Origin: Hamiltosporidium tvaerminnensis FI-OER-3-3
Taxonomy: Eukaryota > Fungi > Microsporidia
Assembly (NCBI GenBank): GCA_022605425.2
Contig: JAKIMF020000001.1
Coordinates: 496,001 to 560,000 of the forward strand
Direction of reading: 5' to 3'
DNA length: 64,000 nucleotides
Shown here: positions 13,058-23,894 of the stretch, in pieces
Numbering within the stretch: the stretch's first letter is position 1
How the letters are laid out: the number at the start of each line of letters is the position of its first letter
Position numbers and translations under genes: made by a program
Notes under the pieces: model-generated
Told to the model about the DNA's origin: nothing
Seen by the model: only the letters and a program-made list of their open reading frames with translations
Databases searched by the model: none

Positions 13058-14351
13058 ATGCAATTTATGAACAAAATAATTCAAATTTTCTTACTAAAAA
13101 TCAACTTTATATTTCTAGGAAGGAATAAAATAAATTACATTCAAAACCTAGAAGACAAGTTCCGCGAATTCTTAGATTTATATGTTGATTCAATTCAAAA
13201 ACAACTTTTTGAAAATTCGAAATATGATTTACACCTAATAAGTATTAATAATATAAACAAAACATGAACATTCATGTGCTCAAGTTTTAAAATATATTCC
13301 AATGAAAAAATTCGATCTAAATTTTCTTATTACTTCATATACTTCAAATCATTTCTTTAGATATTTTTTTATTTTCTCGTTTTACAAGCAAAAAACATCT
13401 TCTGCAATCAAATTTCGATCTACTGAGAGTAATATTGTAAAATTTAAGAAAAGTGTGTTTATTTTAGATCATGAAAACGCTTATTCATTTATTGCAAGAT
13501 TTATAGTTTTTTTTGAAAAAATATTCAAAGTTTTAAACAACTATATGACGAAATATGATGGCGTCTTTATAATCCAACCAATAAAATCAGCAGAATATAA
13601 TGAAAATGTGATGACTGAAATATTAAGAAATTACAATGATTATTTCTATTTGAATTTAGTAATTATAATTAAAAATGAATCTACAGATTTTATGAGAAAC
13701 AATATTATTTCCAATGAAAATTTCATAAAGGAATATATTAAACAATATTTCTTCGTTTCTTTGGAAGCTCGATCGGTAATACGATTAATAGACAAAATAA
13801 AACACAAAATCCAAGACATATCATTTCTAAGCTTTGATCTACCGATAAAAATCAATCGAGATGGATTTTTAAATCATCAAATAAGAAATTCTTCATATAA
13901 TATACCCAATTCCCGCACAGATAGTATGGAGAAAATTTTATATTTGTGCATCGATAAGTACGTTGTCATAAAAAACCACAGGATATTAGTCTTACAAAAG
14001 AAACTCAAACATTTAAACTTTTATCGTATCTTTAAAATTTCAAGAACTAATGAAAATGGCAAAAAAACACAGACTTGTTTTCTTTATTTATTCTTATATA
14101 CATTAGAAATTAAAAGATCAATTCATTTTTTCTCATTCAAAGTAAAAGATAAAACCCAATATGATCTGAAAATTACACTAAAGAAACACGTAAATTTAGA
14201 TCCTGATGTAATAATGTTTAAAACTATGACCACATGGGATTTTTCAAGTGACTATTATGATGTGAAAAAAGTTTTACTGAATATGATTGCAAAGAATCCT
14301 TCTGAGTTTAAGGATTTGATCAAATATATTTCTAGCAACACAAAAGAATGA
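13058..14351 (+). pseudogene. Orphan ~430-aa gene, frameshifted copy (69-aa and 349-aa ORFs)
   Basis: Paralogue of 50616..51908. An extra A at ~13264 (AACATGAAC versus AACTGAAC) creates a TGA stop. The downstream frame has its own ATG at 13302. Confidence 0.75.
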
Positions 14352-14579
14352 ATAAAATAATAATAAATATTAAGTTTATGGTTTCTCAACATGATTTGCG
14401 TGATTTTTTCTATTTTATTAACTTTTTTCTCAAAATGGTTTCTAGTTTTTATATTTGAATGTCATTTTTTGCAAAATTTACATGAAATTTGATTAATTAT
14501 ACTGGTGTATACATTTTTTAGAGCAATGCAATGTTTCAAGGTTTGATAAATTTACTTCTATTTCCAATTTAAATACCTT

Positions 14580-14782
14580 TAAAAACTATCTGGCTATCGT
14601 TGAGTGTGTGAAATTAATGTGAAAATCATTGTTGACATTTTGGTGGGATATAGTCCAACTTTGTATCTTTAGATTAATCCCTAGCACTATGAGTATAACA
14701 GATTAAAAGAAGCCTTTCGAAATTTTCTAGTTGTTCATCCTCGACACCCAGAGGTGAACGACGAATGGAATAAGTAAGTAAG
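14580..14782 (+). repeat. Short dispersed SINE-like repeat, copy B
   Basis: TGAGTGTG..ATGTGAAAATCATTG..GGATATA ... GACACCCAGAGGTGAACGACGAATGGAA(TAAG)3; homologous to 36055-36258. Confidence 0.65.
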
Positions 14783-15943
14783 TTGCAATTATAATGATTT
14801 ATGTTGTATGAATTCTTAGAGCTGCGAAAGAGAATCTAAGCCAACCCCAAATTTCAATCTAACTTAAAAAAAAAGAAAAAGTATATGACTTAAATAACAT
14901 CCAGGTATATGCAAAAATATTGCTTGGTACTTAGAAATGTAAAACCAATATTTTAAAGTATAGATTTAGAGTACAGGAAATAAAGCCCATGGTATGGAAT
15001 AGAATTTTAAGATGTTATCACGGATATGGATTTACTTAATATCCAATGGCTTAAATAGGCTTTACTTCTTTTCATACCCAAATTTTTATTTATTTAAAAT
15101 TCGTTAAATTTTCTAAGCTTGAATAGTTCGACAGTATTTCGAACAATTATAAAAGGTTTAGATCCAAAGATTATTATATGACACAGAATCAATATAGTTC
15201 TGTAGTTTATTGTTGTCTAAAATTCCAATATTAATATTGATCTGAGAGGCTAAATAATTTAAATCTTGACTCGATTTTAAGATAAACTGCCAAAAGAAAA
15301 AAAAATTGATGGTATTGTAACCTCAGGAAATTAAAAAACTTAGATCGAATAATATCAAAATAACATCTGATGAGAATTCTGGCTTATATGATGCATCAAA
15401 ATTCAAAGAAAAACATAACCTTTATATTAATTTAGAACCTAGCTGTAGTGATAGTTACCAAAAATAAAATTAAAAAAAAATAATTAACATCTTAGTATAA
15501 AAATATATAATTGAACTTATATAGTGATGGTTTTGGCTTCATATAAATTTATGAAAACCAAGTAAAATACTCACTAAAGCACTCATATAGATTAATATAA
15601 AATTATAAAACATTCAAGATCTCTGATTTAGTCTAGACACGTTAGAAACATCCTTATAACTATTAGCTTAGCAAATAAATGATCTACCTTTTAAATTTTC
15701 GATTTATTGGAATAGCATTCAATACTGCTCAGCATATTATTAGTTAAACAAAAAAAATTAAAAATTATATAATTGATATTAAGAATCTTCAAAAGAACTT
15801 AAAAATCAAAATCTAATATTGGTTTTCCTGGTGATAAATTAGACGTATTTATTTAAAAAATATAACATTGGGAATAAAATAGTTAAAATCGAATTGAAAA
15901 TAAATTTAATCTTAATGAATTAAAATATGAAATAAATTTTTCT

Positions 15944-16327
15944 TTATTGTTCCTTATTGGAAGAGACAAAATCTACGAAATCTGGAATTCTATCTGTAAT
16001 CATAAACTTAACTTGACAATTAGAGCATTCTAAATATCCTTCAAATATCTCATAACCAAGTAAAACTTTTGCAAATTCTTTAAGTTTAGAATTATCCCCA
16101 TTAATAAGCAAATCACAATCATTTTCATTCAAACTTGTGACTTCCAATTTTTTAATGATATTTTTTAATAATTTCCCTTTTTCGATATAAAATTTATTTA
16201 TATGTTCTTTGATAAAATCTAAATCTTCTTCTATTTCTATTTCTTCTGCTTTTTCTATAAATACATTTAAAAAATCCTCAGAATCACATTGATTACACTT
16301 TAATATTGAAATAAGAAATGGCTTCAT
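15944..16327 (-). CDS. TRM112: Methyltransferase activator subunit Trm112
   Basis: 127 aa with N-terminal MKPFLISILKCxxC and C-terminal EIFEGYLECxxC..FMITDRIPDF, typical of Trm112. CCCC lies 8 nt upstream of the ATG. Confidence 0.9.
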   Translation of the reverse strand: MKPFLISILKCNQCDSEDFLNVFIEKAEEIEIEEDLDFIKEHINKFYIEKGKLLKNIIKKLEVTSLNENDCDLLINGDNSKLKEFAKVLLGYEIFEGYLECSNCQVKFMITDRIPDFVDFVSSNKEQ

Positions 16328-16384
16328 CTTAAAATGGGGATTTCTAACCGTTTTTTATATAAATTTTTAATCTGGTATAATCCC
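16328..16384. promoter_or_regulatory. 57-bp bidirectional promoter between TRM112 and the SSF1-like gene
   Basis: GGGG at 16336-16339 (CCCC on the minus strand before TRM112), a central T/A tract with TATATAAA, and CCC at 16382-16384 immediately before ATG 16385. Confidence 0.7.
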
Positions 16385-17020
16385 ATGAAAGAATTAGAAG
16401 AAAATAAAAATAAACTGGTAATTAGAATAGGAAAAGTTACTAAAAATGTAAAACAATTAATTACTGATTTAAGAAAAGTTTTTGAACCACACGTAGCATT
16501 AAAAATTCAAGAACATAATAATGATTTAATTGAAAAATATATTCCAATTATTCATCAATTTTTTCTCTCACATTTTTTTGTTTTTACTGAAAAAAATGGT
16601 GAAATATTATTAAGAATTTCAAATTATTTACATCATGGCCCAACATATTTCTTCAAAATAGAAAATTTTAAAAATATTTTTGAAATAAATAAATGCCTTT
16701 CACAAAAATGGTTTAAAAAAGATCCTATCGTTACATTCAGTGGTGATGACTGTTATGAACAGAATATTTTTAAAAATTTAGAATTTTTTAAAAATGAAAT
16801 AAAAGATGAAAATATTCTTAGAAATATTCATTTACATTTCGAGAATAAAATAATATATTTTAGACATTATTTTATTAAAAAAGAAGAAAAAGATTCAATA
16901 AAAATTATTTTAGAAGAAATAGGACCATCAATATCAATGTCATTTATAAAAGAAGAAGATGGTTTCTTTAATCAGAAAAATATAAATTTAGATTTAAACA
17001 AATATTTAAAAGAGAAATAA
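16385..17020 (+). CDS. SSF1: Brix-domain ribosome biogenesis protein, Ssf1/Peter Pan-like
   Basis: LVIRIGKV..VKQLITDLRKVFEPHVALKIQE, GPTYFFKI, IYFRHY and LEEIGP. Start moved from 16334 to the CCC-ATG at 16385. Confidence 0.8.
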   Translation: MKELEENKNKLVIRIGKVTKNVKQLITDLRKVFEPHVALKIQEHNNDLIEKYIPIIHQFFLSHFFVFTEKNGEILLRISNYLHHGPTYFFKIENFKNIFEINKCLSQKWFKKDPIVTFSGDDCYEQNIFKNLEFFKNEIKDENILRNIHLHFENKIIYFRHYFIKKEEKDSIKIILEEIGPSISMSFIKEEDGFFNQKNINLDLNKYLKEK

Positions 17021-17232
17021 AATTGATTAATTAAAAAATTTTGGGATTTAAACAACTATTTAATTAGAAAGGAAATAATTTTTAATTTGAAAATATATAT
17101 TCAAAAGTGAAATGAAAATCATTTTCTGTTTACAAATTGAAATTTCTGATTAAAATAAATATTTAACAGTAAATCAAAATGATGTTCTATTCTGCAAAAT
17201 AAACGAATAAATTATAGATTTGAATTTAAAAT

Positions 17233-19179
17233 TTATAAATTTTTGTTTAAAAAATGTTTGATTTCACTTAAAATTTGAATAAATTTACATTTTCTAGTTT
17301 TTCTTGCAATCCATGGGGATATTTTACTTATCAAATTATTATATCTTGAATCTATCAATACAATACTTGCATAATCAGTTTTATGTCTAAGTGCCCTTCC
17401 TAATGCTTGATTAACAGTTTTCATTGCTATTAGTGTCGAATAATCATTTCCATGGTATTTTATTCTTTCTTTTAATTCAGTATTAACTGTTGGATAAGGT
17501 ATACCAATTATAATTAATAATCTACAAAGATAATCATTAAAATTTATACCTTCACTCATTTTACCTCCCATTACAGAAAAAAAAATAACAGATTCTTCAA
17601 AAACTAAATTTTTAAATTCTAAAAATGAACTCGTATCATCATATAATATTTTCTTAATAAATTTAAAATTATTTTTTTCTAAATTTATTATTGTTTCTTT
17701 GAGAATTTTTAAATAATATTTTGAAGGTAAAAAACAAATAATTCCACCTTTTTTTACGGTATTTGATAAATTAAAAATTGTATAAACAATATCTTTTAAA
17801 ATTTCAGGAGATTCTCTTGTTTTATAATTTAATTTTATTTCTTTGTTCGAAGGTCCTGTAGATAAAATAAAACTTATAAAATTTGTACAAATTGAATCAT
17901 AATAATAATATTTGACTGTTCTTTCTTTAAATAAATTTAAAAGATTATCGATCGGTTCCATAGTACCTCCTGCTAGAATCAATGATTTACAAACAAAAAT
18001 ATCTTCAAAATATATTTTAGGATCCAACGGAGTAAATCTTATTTTTTTATTGTCATAAAAAATTCTTCCATGACAATCACTCATTATTAATAAAACTAAA
18101 AATTTCGTAATATTGAAAAGCTGAAGATGCAAATTTGTATTAAATCCTTCTAATTTATAAGCTATTCCCGAGTTATGTAAATATTCTTCTAATTCCAATA
18201 AATTGTAATTATGAAGACGAGATTTTATTAAAAAATCATTTACAACAATGCATTCTTCGTTTTTTTCTTGACTAGAAGATTCTGTTTTCGTTTCTAAATT
18301 ATTTGCAAAGTTTTCATGAAATTTCCAAATTTTTCCTAAGATTTCACAAATATTTTCAATTCTTTTCAAATTTACTTCACTCATTCTGCTTTCATATTTC
18401 AAATAATAATCTTCAAAAGCTTTAAAATACTTTTTTACAATTTCAAAAGAAATCGTTACAGTATTCATTTGTATTACAGATTCATAAATATTATGCGCCT
18501 CATCTACAATTATAATCGAATCTGAAATATCAATATTTGCACTTCTACGACCCTCTTTACTAAAAAGTACCGTATAAGGAAGAAAAACAATCTCACATTT
18601 TTTAGAATATATTTTGGCAAAATAGTATGGACAAAACTTTTTTTCTTTTCCTTTTTTTATTAATTCTTCAATATCAATAATATCAGTTTCGTTTTGTGAT
18701 TCAAAATTACAATAAAATTCACAATCGTTTTTTGAAATCAAAGCTTTACATTGTTCATTTATAATTTCTAATTCAACATTTGTTTTATTTACTTTTTTAT
18801 TTACACAGTAAAGTTTTCTCGAACCCAAAATAATTGAATTTACATTCGAATCAAATCTTTTCAATTCATTAATTGCTTGATTTAATTGTGTATGAGTTCT
18901 TGAACAATAAAATACTTTGGTTATTCTATCTGATTGTCCAAAAAGTTGTTCCATAAGTTTTTTATTTTCTGAATTCAAACCAAAATACGTATATTTATTG
19001 GATTCTTCTTTCGGTGGTATAAAATAGTTATAAACCGATAATAAAAGCGATATTGTTTTACCGGTTCCAGTCGGACTTGAGAAAATACCTATTTCATTGT
19101 TTTCTATAACACACTTTGCTTTCTCAATAAAATCTTTTTGAATTTCATACAAATTACCTTTTAATTCCTCTAAAGTCAT
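17233..19179 (-). CDS. CHL1: Fe-S DEAH DNA helicase Chl1/DDX11 (XPD family), intact copy
   Basis: GIFSSPTGTGKT, YCSRTHTQL, Fe-S cysteines (SRKLYC..CPYY), IIVDEAHN, LAGGTMEP, GGKMSEGINF and VNQALGRALRH. First ATG is at 19179 with CCC about 11 nt upstream; the track's TTG start is unlikely. Confidence 0.92.
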   Translation of the reverse strand: MTLEELKGNLYEIQKDFIEKAKCVIENNEIGIFSSPTGTGKTISLLLSVYNYFIPPKEESNKYTYFGLNSENKKLMEQLFGQSDRITKVFYCSRTHTQLNQAINELKRFDSNVNSIILGSRKLYCVNKKVNKTNVELEIINEQCKALISKNDCEFYCNFESQNETDIIDIEELIKKGKEKKFCPYYFAKIYSKKCEIVFLPYTVLFSKEGRRSANIDISDSIIIVDEAHNIYESVIQMNTVTISFEIVKKYFKAFEDYYLKYESRMSEVNLKRIENICEILGKIWKFHENFANNLETKTESSSQEKNEECIVVNDFLIKSRLHNYNLLELEEYLHNSGIAYKLEGFNTNLHLQLFNITKFLVLLIMSDCHGRIFYDNKKIRFTPLDPKIYFEDIFVCKSLILAGGTMEPIDNLLNLFKERTVKYYYYDSICTNFISFILSTGPSNKEIKLNYKTRESPEILKDIVYTIFNLSNTVKKGGIICFLPSKYYLKILKETIINLEKNNFKFIKKILYDDTSSFLEFKNLVFEESVIFFSVMGGKMSEGINFNDYLCRLLIIIGIPYPTVNTELKERIKYHGNDYSTLIAMKTVNQALGRALRHKTDYASIVLIDSRYNNLISKISPWIARKTRKCKFIQILSEIKHFLNKNL

Positions 19180-20156
19180 TTCTATTACTGGGTAGTTCAA
19201 TTATTTAAAATAATCATTCTGATTCATACGAAATAACGGACATCAATTCATTTTTTAAAAAAAATTTTTTTAATAGCAGAGAAGAATAAATATTTTAGTA
19301 AATTTTTATCTGGAATGTACATAAATAAATAAAACAATATTTTATAAATCTTACATTATGTTAAATTTCTTTAGAAATACTATTGAATGATACTTTTAAG
19401 TTATTTTAAATTGATTCACAGAAAACCAAATTGAAAAAAATAGTGATATTCGTTTTTTTTGAAATTATCCAAACCAAATCTTCTTGATTTTCTTCATCTA
19501 TTTAAAATTTTGTATGCTGCGCTGTAAATTTAACCTTTTTTTTACCATGAAATTGACAGACCAGGTACATTAGAAATGATTAAACTGATCAAAAGGGATT
19601 TAATTTTATAGCAAACATTAATATTTTCAGGTCTAGCCAAATAAAACTTTTTGAAGATATAATTCAAATTTATTCGATTACTCTAATTTTAAGTGATTTT
19701 TTTGCAACATGGTTTTACTTTCTATGTTTTCCTATATATTTTAAGTAACCAGACTTATTCTAATAAAGTTTAGTTCAATAAAGATTATTTCTATCTACTT
19801 TTAATCAGATACTAAATTTGGATCAAAATTTCACGATTTCTTTTGATTTAATATTCACTCTGTCATATAATGCTTTCAAAAAGTAGTATTTTAAAAGTTA
19901 TATAATCAAGCAGATTATTTTTTGATCTGATTTTCATTGCAAAAATATACTTGGGAACACTATTAACACAATAAAAAAAGTATGTAAATAAAATTGCTTA
20001 CTTAAATCATTAATTATAAATTTAAAATTGAAATTTTAAATCACAAATTTTGGATGATAATGATACATTTATGTAAAGTTTTAACTTATATTTTTGTTGA
20101 AAAAAACCAACTTTACTACAAAGTATAAATAATTAATTAGAAAATACAATATTTTT

Positions 20157-22316
20157 TTTCACGGGCGAATAAACACCTCCCCATGTCTAATAGAACTCCC
20201 GTTATTTCCTATCCATTTTTAATGTTGATAACACCCTTTATTTTTTGATATAGCCTTGTAATTTCTATTTCCTTAGTACGCATTCATTTTCCTTATTCCT
20301 ATACATCTTCTTATTTTAGTTTCAGTTACAATATTTCTTATCCATCCTTTCTTAACATTTATTTTGTAGAAACAAATAGAATGTGTTAATTATGAATAAA
20401 ATATCCAATAAAATTTATATTTTTCTTTTCAGTTCTTTTTTTTTTGCTTTTTCGATTTTTTGCACTTGTTAGTATTTGTAAGGCAAAATTTCTTTGTAAA
20501 ATTTGATACAGACACTCAACAACATAACACTGTATATAAATTTATTTAATGCTTTCATATTATTTGTTTTTTTTTCTAAGTATTCGGTTTAAATCTATAT
20601 TAAAATATAATGTAACCAAAATGCCAAAGATTGTAAGTTTTAAAAATAGGCAAGAAAAAGAAATTCTTACTGCATATTTAAAAACCGGTCAGAATTCAGC
20701 TGGGTATTCCAAAGAAGAAAAGAGGTTGTTGAGGCATAAGGCAGAACATTTTACTTCGTTCGGTGATGATATTGGTTTTAAAAGGCGCGATCAAATAATA
20801 AGAGCTGTTTTTGGATTTGAAACTGCCTTGATTAAACAAATTATTCAAAGGAGCATGCTGTTGCACACATCGGAGTAAATAAAATGATGGCTTTGATTGT
20901 ACAATAATATTATGGGATTCCCAAGGCATAGATAAGAGAGTATGTAAAAGACTAAGAAGCATGTAGTCGATTCAATTCTCCAAAAAAGATTCAGCCAATA
21001 TATAAATCATATTACCAAAAAATATGATCTTTTTATGATGGATTGCCTAGATCTCAGGAGATATAGTGATCAAAATGATCAATATAGTTGGATTCTTAAT
21101 GTAATCGACACATACACCAAACATCTCTGGTGTTTTAAGTTTATTTATAAAACTTCGAAATTAGTAAAAGATTCCTTAAAATTTTCATTTGACAACTTTG
21201 GTTTCCAGGTGGCAATACAATCCGATAACGGTCGATAGATTAAAAATACCTTACTCTAACCCCCTTTTAACTGATATTTAACACCCAAATTCTACATTAA
21301 AGACTACACTATCCAAAGGTGCAAAGTCAACTGGAATGTGTAAATCAAACCATAAAAAGATGGCTAGCAAAGAAATTGCATGAAACAGGTGGAATAAGAT
21401 GGGTAGAACATCTTAATAATTTTGTTTATGCATATAACAGAACAATATATGGTACAACAAACAAATCTCCATTTATGCTTTTCTTCAGACAACCAGGTTT
21501 TAAAAATCCACTTCTGGAAGCATAATAGTTGAAAACGATGCTAGAATAATAGTGCATTCTATTGATATAGATTCTGATATGGTTTTAGCCGAAGAAAATG
21601 CAGCGGATACACAATAGATCGTGGAAATCGCCTCAGATGTACATGAAGAATTTACTGAAACGGTAACCACCACAACCACTATAATAGCTGATGATCTTGA
21701 AATCGATAATAAGATTCGTTCGGATATTTCTAAGCATTTCTAAAAGTATAGAGAAAGAATTATAGAAAGCAATGATTCGAATAAAACCAAGAGAGATTTG
21801 TCTATTGGAAATTAAGTTTTAATAAAAAAAAGACTTCGATATGAATACTAAAACTAAAAGAGTACCTTTTGATTCTTTTACGATAGTTCGGTTTTTACAG
21901 TTACCGCTATTTTGATGAACAACATGATTGAAGTAAAAAAAAATAATGGTGACACAAGAATAGTTTTTAGAGGCGTACTAAAACGTATTTAATTTCGTTT
22001 ACATTGTAATCATTATAGACATTTTTTATAAGTTAAGTATTATCATTAAAGTTTCTATTTTTATTCTGGCAAAACTTGAAATATTTTTTTCGGCGGGAAA
22101 TTCAAGTTAAAAACTATATAAGCATTTTTTAAAGAGACCCCTATTAAATTTAAGGAAAATATAACCTCCTTTTTTCAAATATATGGGGGTTAGGTAAAAT
22201 ATATGAAAATAACGGGGTTCTATAAATCATTAGAAATAACGGGGTTCTATAAATCATTATAAATAAGGGAGTCTATAAATCATTAGAAAATAAAGGGGGT
22301 TTATTGGCCCGTGACA
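20157..22316 (+). mobile_element. Ginger-like DNA transposon with a decayed Gypsy-type (rve) integrase
   Basis: Terminal inverted repeats TTTCACGGGCGAATAAACACC / GGGGTTTATTGGCCCGTGACA. Integrase remnants: HHCC zinc finger, MMDCLDL, IQSDNGR and QSQLECVNQTIK. No gag, RT or LTR seen. Flanked by TTTT on both sides. Confidence 0.8.
22207..22286 (+). repeat. Subterminal tandem repeat of the transposon, 3 units of 26-27 bp
   Basis: AAATAACGGGGTTCTATAAATCATTA(G/T) twice plus a degenerate third unit. An inverted partial copy (AATAGAACTCCCGTTATTT) lies near the left end at ~20189-20207. Confidence 0.9.
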
Positions 22317-22757
22317 TTTTTTAATATTAAAAATTCATTTTTAACTATAAATTCCCCTACATTTTATGCACTAACTAAAATAATTGGTAACAACCTAGTA
22401 AAAGGTTGATATATATAAAATATAAATTTACATTTTAATTATGTTTGAAACTAATTTGAAGAACTTAAGCCTTCATTAAAAATAAGCCAATTTAATTGAA
22501 ACCTTATTGTAATTATAAATCTGATGAAATGATTTAATAATATGAAAGTTGATTTTCCAAATTTCTAAAAAAATTATCCAGGTATAAAGATTATGATTTT
22601 TGAACCACTCCTCAGAGTCTTATTAATTATATATATATTGATTCTATCTAGCCATGAAACAGTGAAAATCTAAAGAATTTGGATTATAATGAAAGTGTTT
22701 TTTTGATTTAATATTATATATTTTGTCACATTATAAATTTTGAATACTATACAAATG

Positions 22758-23894
22758 TTAAATCGAATTAAACTCGGATTTCGGAATACTTTCAGCATAT
22801 ATTCTTCTACCACCAAAATACCTACCATCCATTATTCTATAACAATGATTTACACTTTCTGAATTTCTAAACAAGCAGTAAACTTCCACATCCTTTTTAT
22901 CACCTTCTTTAAGAATAGTGTATTGTAGTAATGTGGGTTGAAATACAACAATTTTTAATTCCAAAATTTCTCCATATTTTTTTAATTCTAATTTTATCTC
23001 ATTTATGAAATCTTCATCTAAATCATCAACCATTATCATATTCTTGAGAACCAAGCATTCGTTTTCTGTTTTATCGTTAAGTTTACTATTCAAATCTGCA
23101 ATAATTTTAATAACTTCATTTGGTAATTTTGTAATTGTGTCTTGAAATATTTCCTTTGATGGCATTTTTTGCTTAATAACTGTTTTACAGACTTTTAAAA
23201 TCTTACCACCAACAGATAAATTATTATACAGGGATACTGAAAGATCGGCTGAATCAATATTTTGATACTTTATAAATGCTATGCCCATATGACAGCTTCT
23301 GTTTTTATTTAACATCAGATTTAATTGTTCGACTTTACCCACACATTCAAAAATACTAAGAAGCTGATTTTGATCAATAAATTCGTGAATATTTGACACA
23401 TAAATTATTCTTTTGTCCAGATTTTTAATATCATCAGGAATAAATGAAGGAAAATTTGCAGGCCTTCCTACTTTTAATGCTTTCCCATCAACTTCATATG
23501 TGTTCATTTCTTTAATGGCTAACACAGCAGCATTTGGATTTTCAAATTCCACAAATCCAAATTTTTTAGAATATAATTTCGATTTACCTTCAACAGATAG
23601 AGATATGCTAGATATAGGTCCAAATATTTCAAATATTTTATACATATCGCTTTTAGTAATGTGATAAGGCAAATTTCCTACGTATATTTTATTTAAAAGA
23701 TGCATTGAGAAGTTTTTTGCATGTAGATCTTCATTTAAAACAGGCAAAAGACCCGTTGATGGCAAAACCCATGTATTGTAGTCTACTATCTGACAATAAA
23801 GATTGTGTAAATCTTCTATGTTTTTTTTCTTGTTTGAAACAATTCTTTTATAATTTTCTGGCAATTCTTCAGCATTTAAAATTATTTTACCCAT
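22758..23894 (-). CDS. PUF60: Poly(U)-binding splicing factor PUF60/half-pint-like (RRM-RRM-UHM)
   Basis: RRM1 KIYVGNL..FGPISSI..FGFVEFE..LKVGRPAN; RRM2 IYVSNIH..GGKILKVCKTV; C-terminal UHM LVLKNM..KYG..MDGRYFGGR. Confidence 0.8.
   Translation of the reverse strand: MGKIILNAEELPENYKRIVSNKKKNIEDLHNLYCQIVDYNTWVLPSTGLLPVLNEDLHAKNFSMHLLNKIYVGNLPYHITKSDMYKIFEIFGPISSISLSVEGKSKLYSKKFGFVEFENPNAAVLAIKEMNTYEVDGKALKVGRPANFPSFIPDDIKNLDKRIIYVSNIHEFIDQNQLLSIFECVGKVEQLNLMLNKNRSCHMGIAFIKYQNIDSADLSVSLYNNLSVGGKILKVCKTVIKQKMPSKEIFQDTITKLPNEVIKIIADLNSKLNDKTENECLVLKNMIMVDDLDEDFINEIKLELKKYGEILELKIVVFQPTLLQYTILKEGDKKDVEVYCLFRNSESVNHCYRIMDGRYFGGRRIYAESIPKSEFNSI

Larger units (their letters stand above)
944..19442 (+). 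repeat. Left arm of a large inverted segmental duplication
   Basis: Reverse complement of 45515..64000; base 64000 pairs with 944. Similarity stops after GAAAACCAAATTGAAAAAAATA at ~19442. The same ORFs appear in mirror order. Confidence 0.97.

Noticed and set aside
13842-13931. Diversity-generating retroelement (variable/template repeat) as the cause of the variable patch
   Set aside because: Differences are not adenine-specific in either direction (e.g. GG/TT, C/T, G/C), there is no separate template repeat, and the nearby RTs are dead LINEs.
16334-16384. Longer SSF1 N-terminus starting 6 bp from the TRM112 ATG
   Set aside because: It leaves no room for promoters, and the CCC-ATG at 16385 fits the pattern seen at other genes. 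The TTG starts given for CHL1, KAE1 and the USP gene were rejected in favour of the first ATG.
20549-21990. LTR retrotransposon pol gene
   Set aside because: No RT, RNaseH, protease or direct LTRs were seen; the element is bounded by inverted repeats.
22207-22286. CRISPR-like array
   Set aside because: The units are directly adjacent with no unique spacers, the context is eukaryotic, and they are explained as subterminal transposon repeats.
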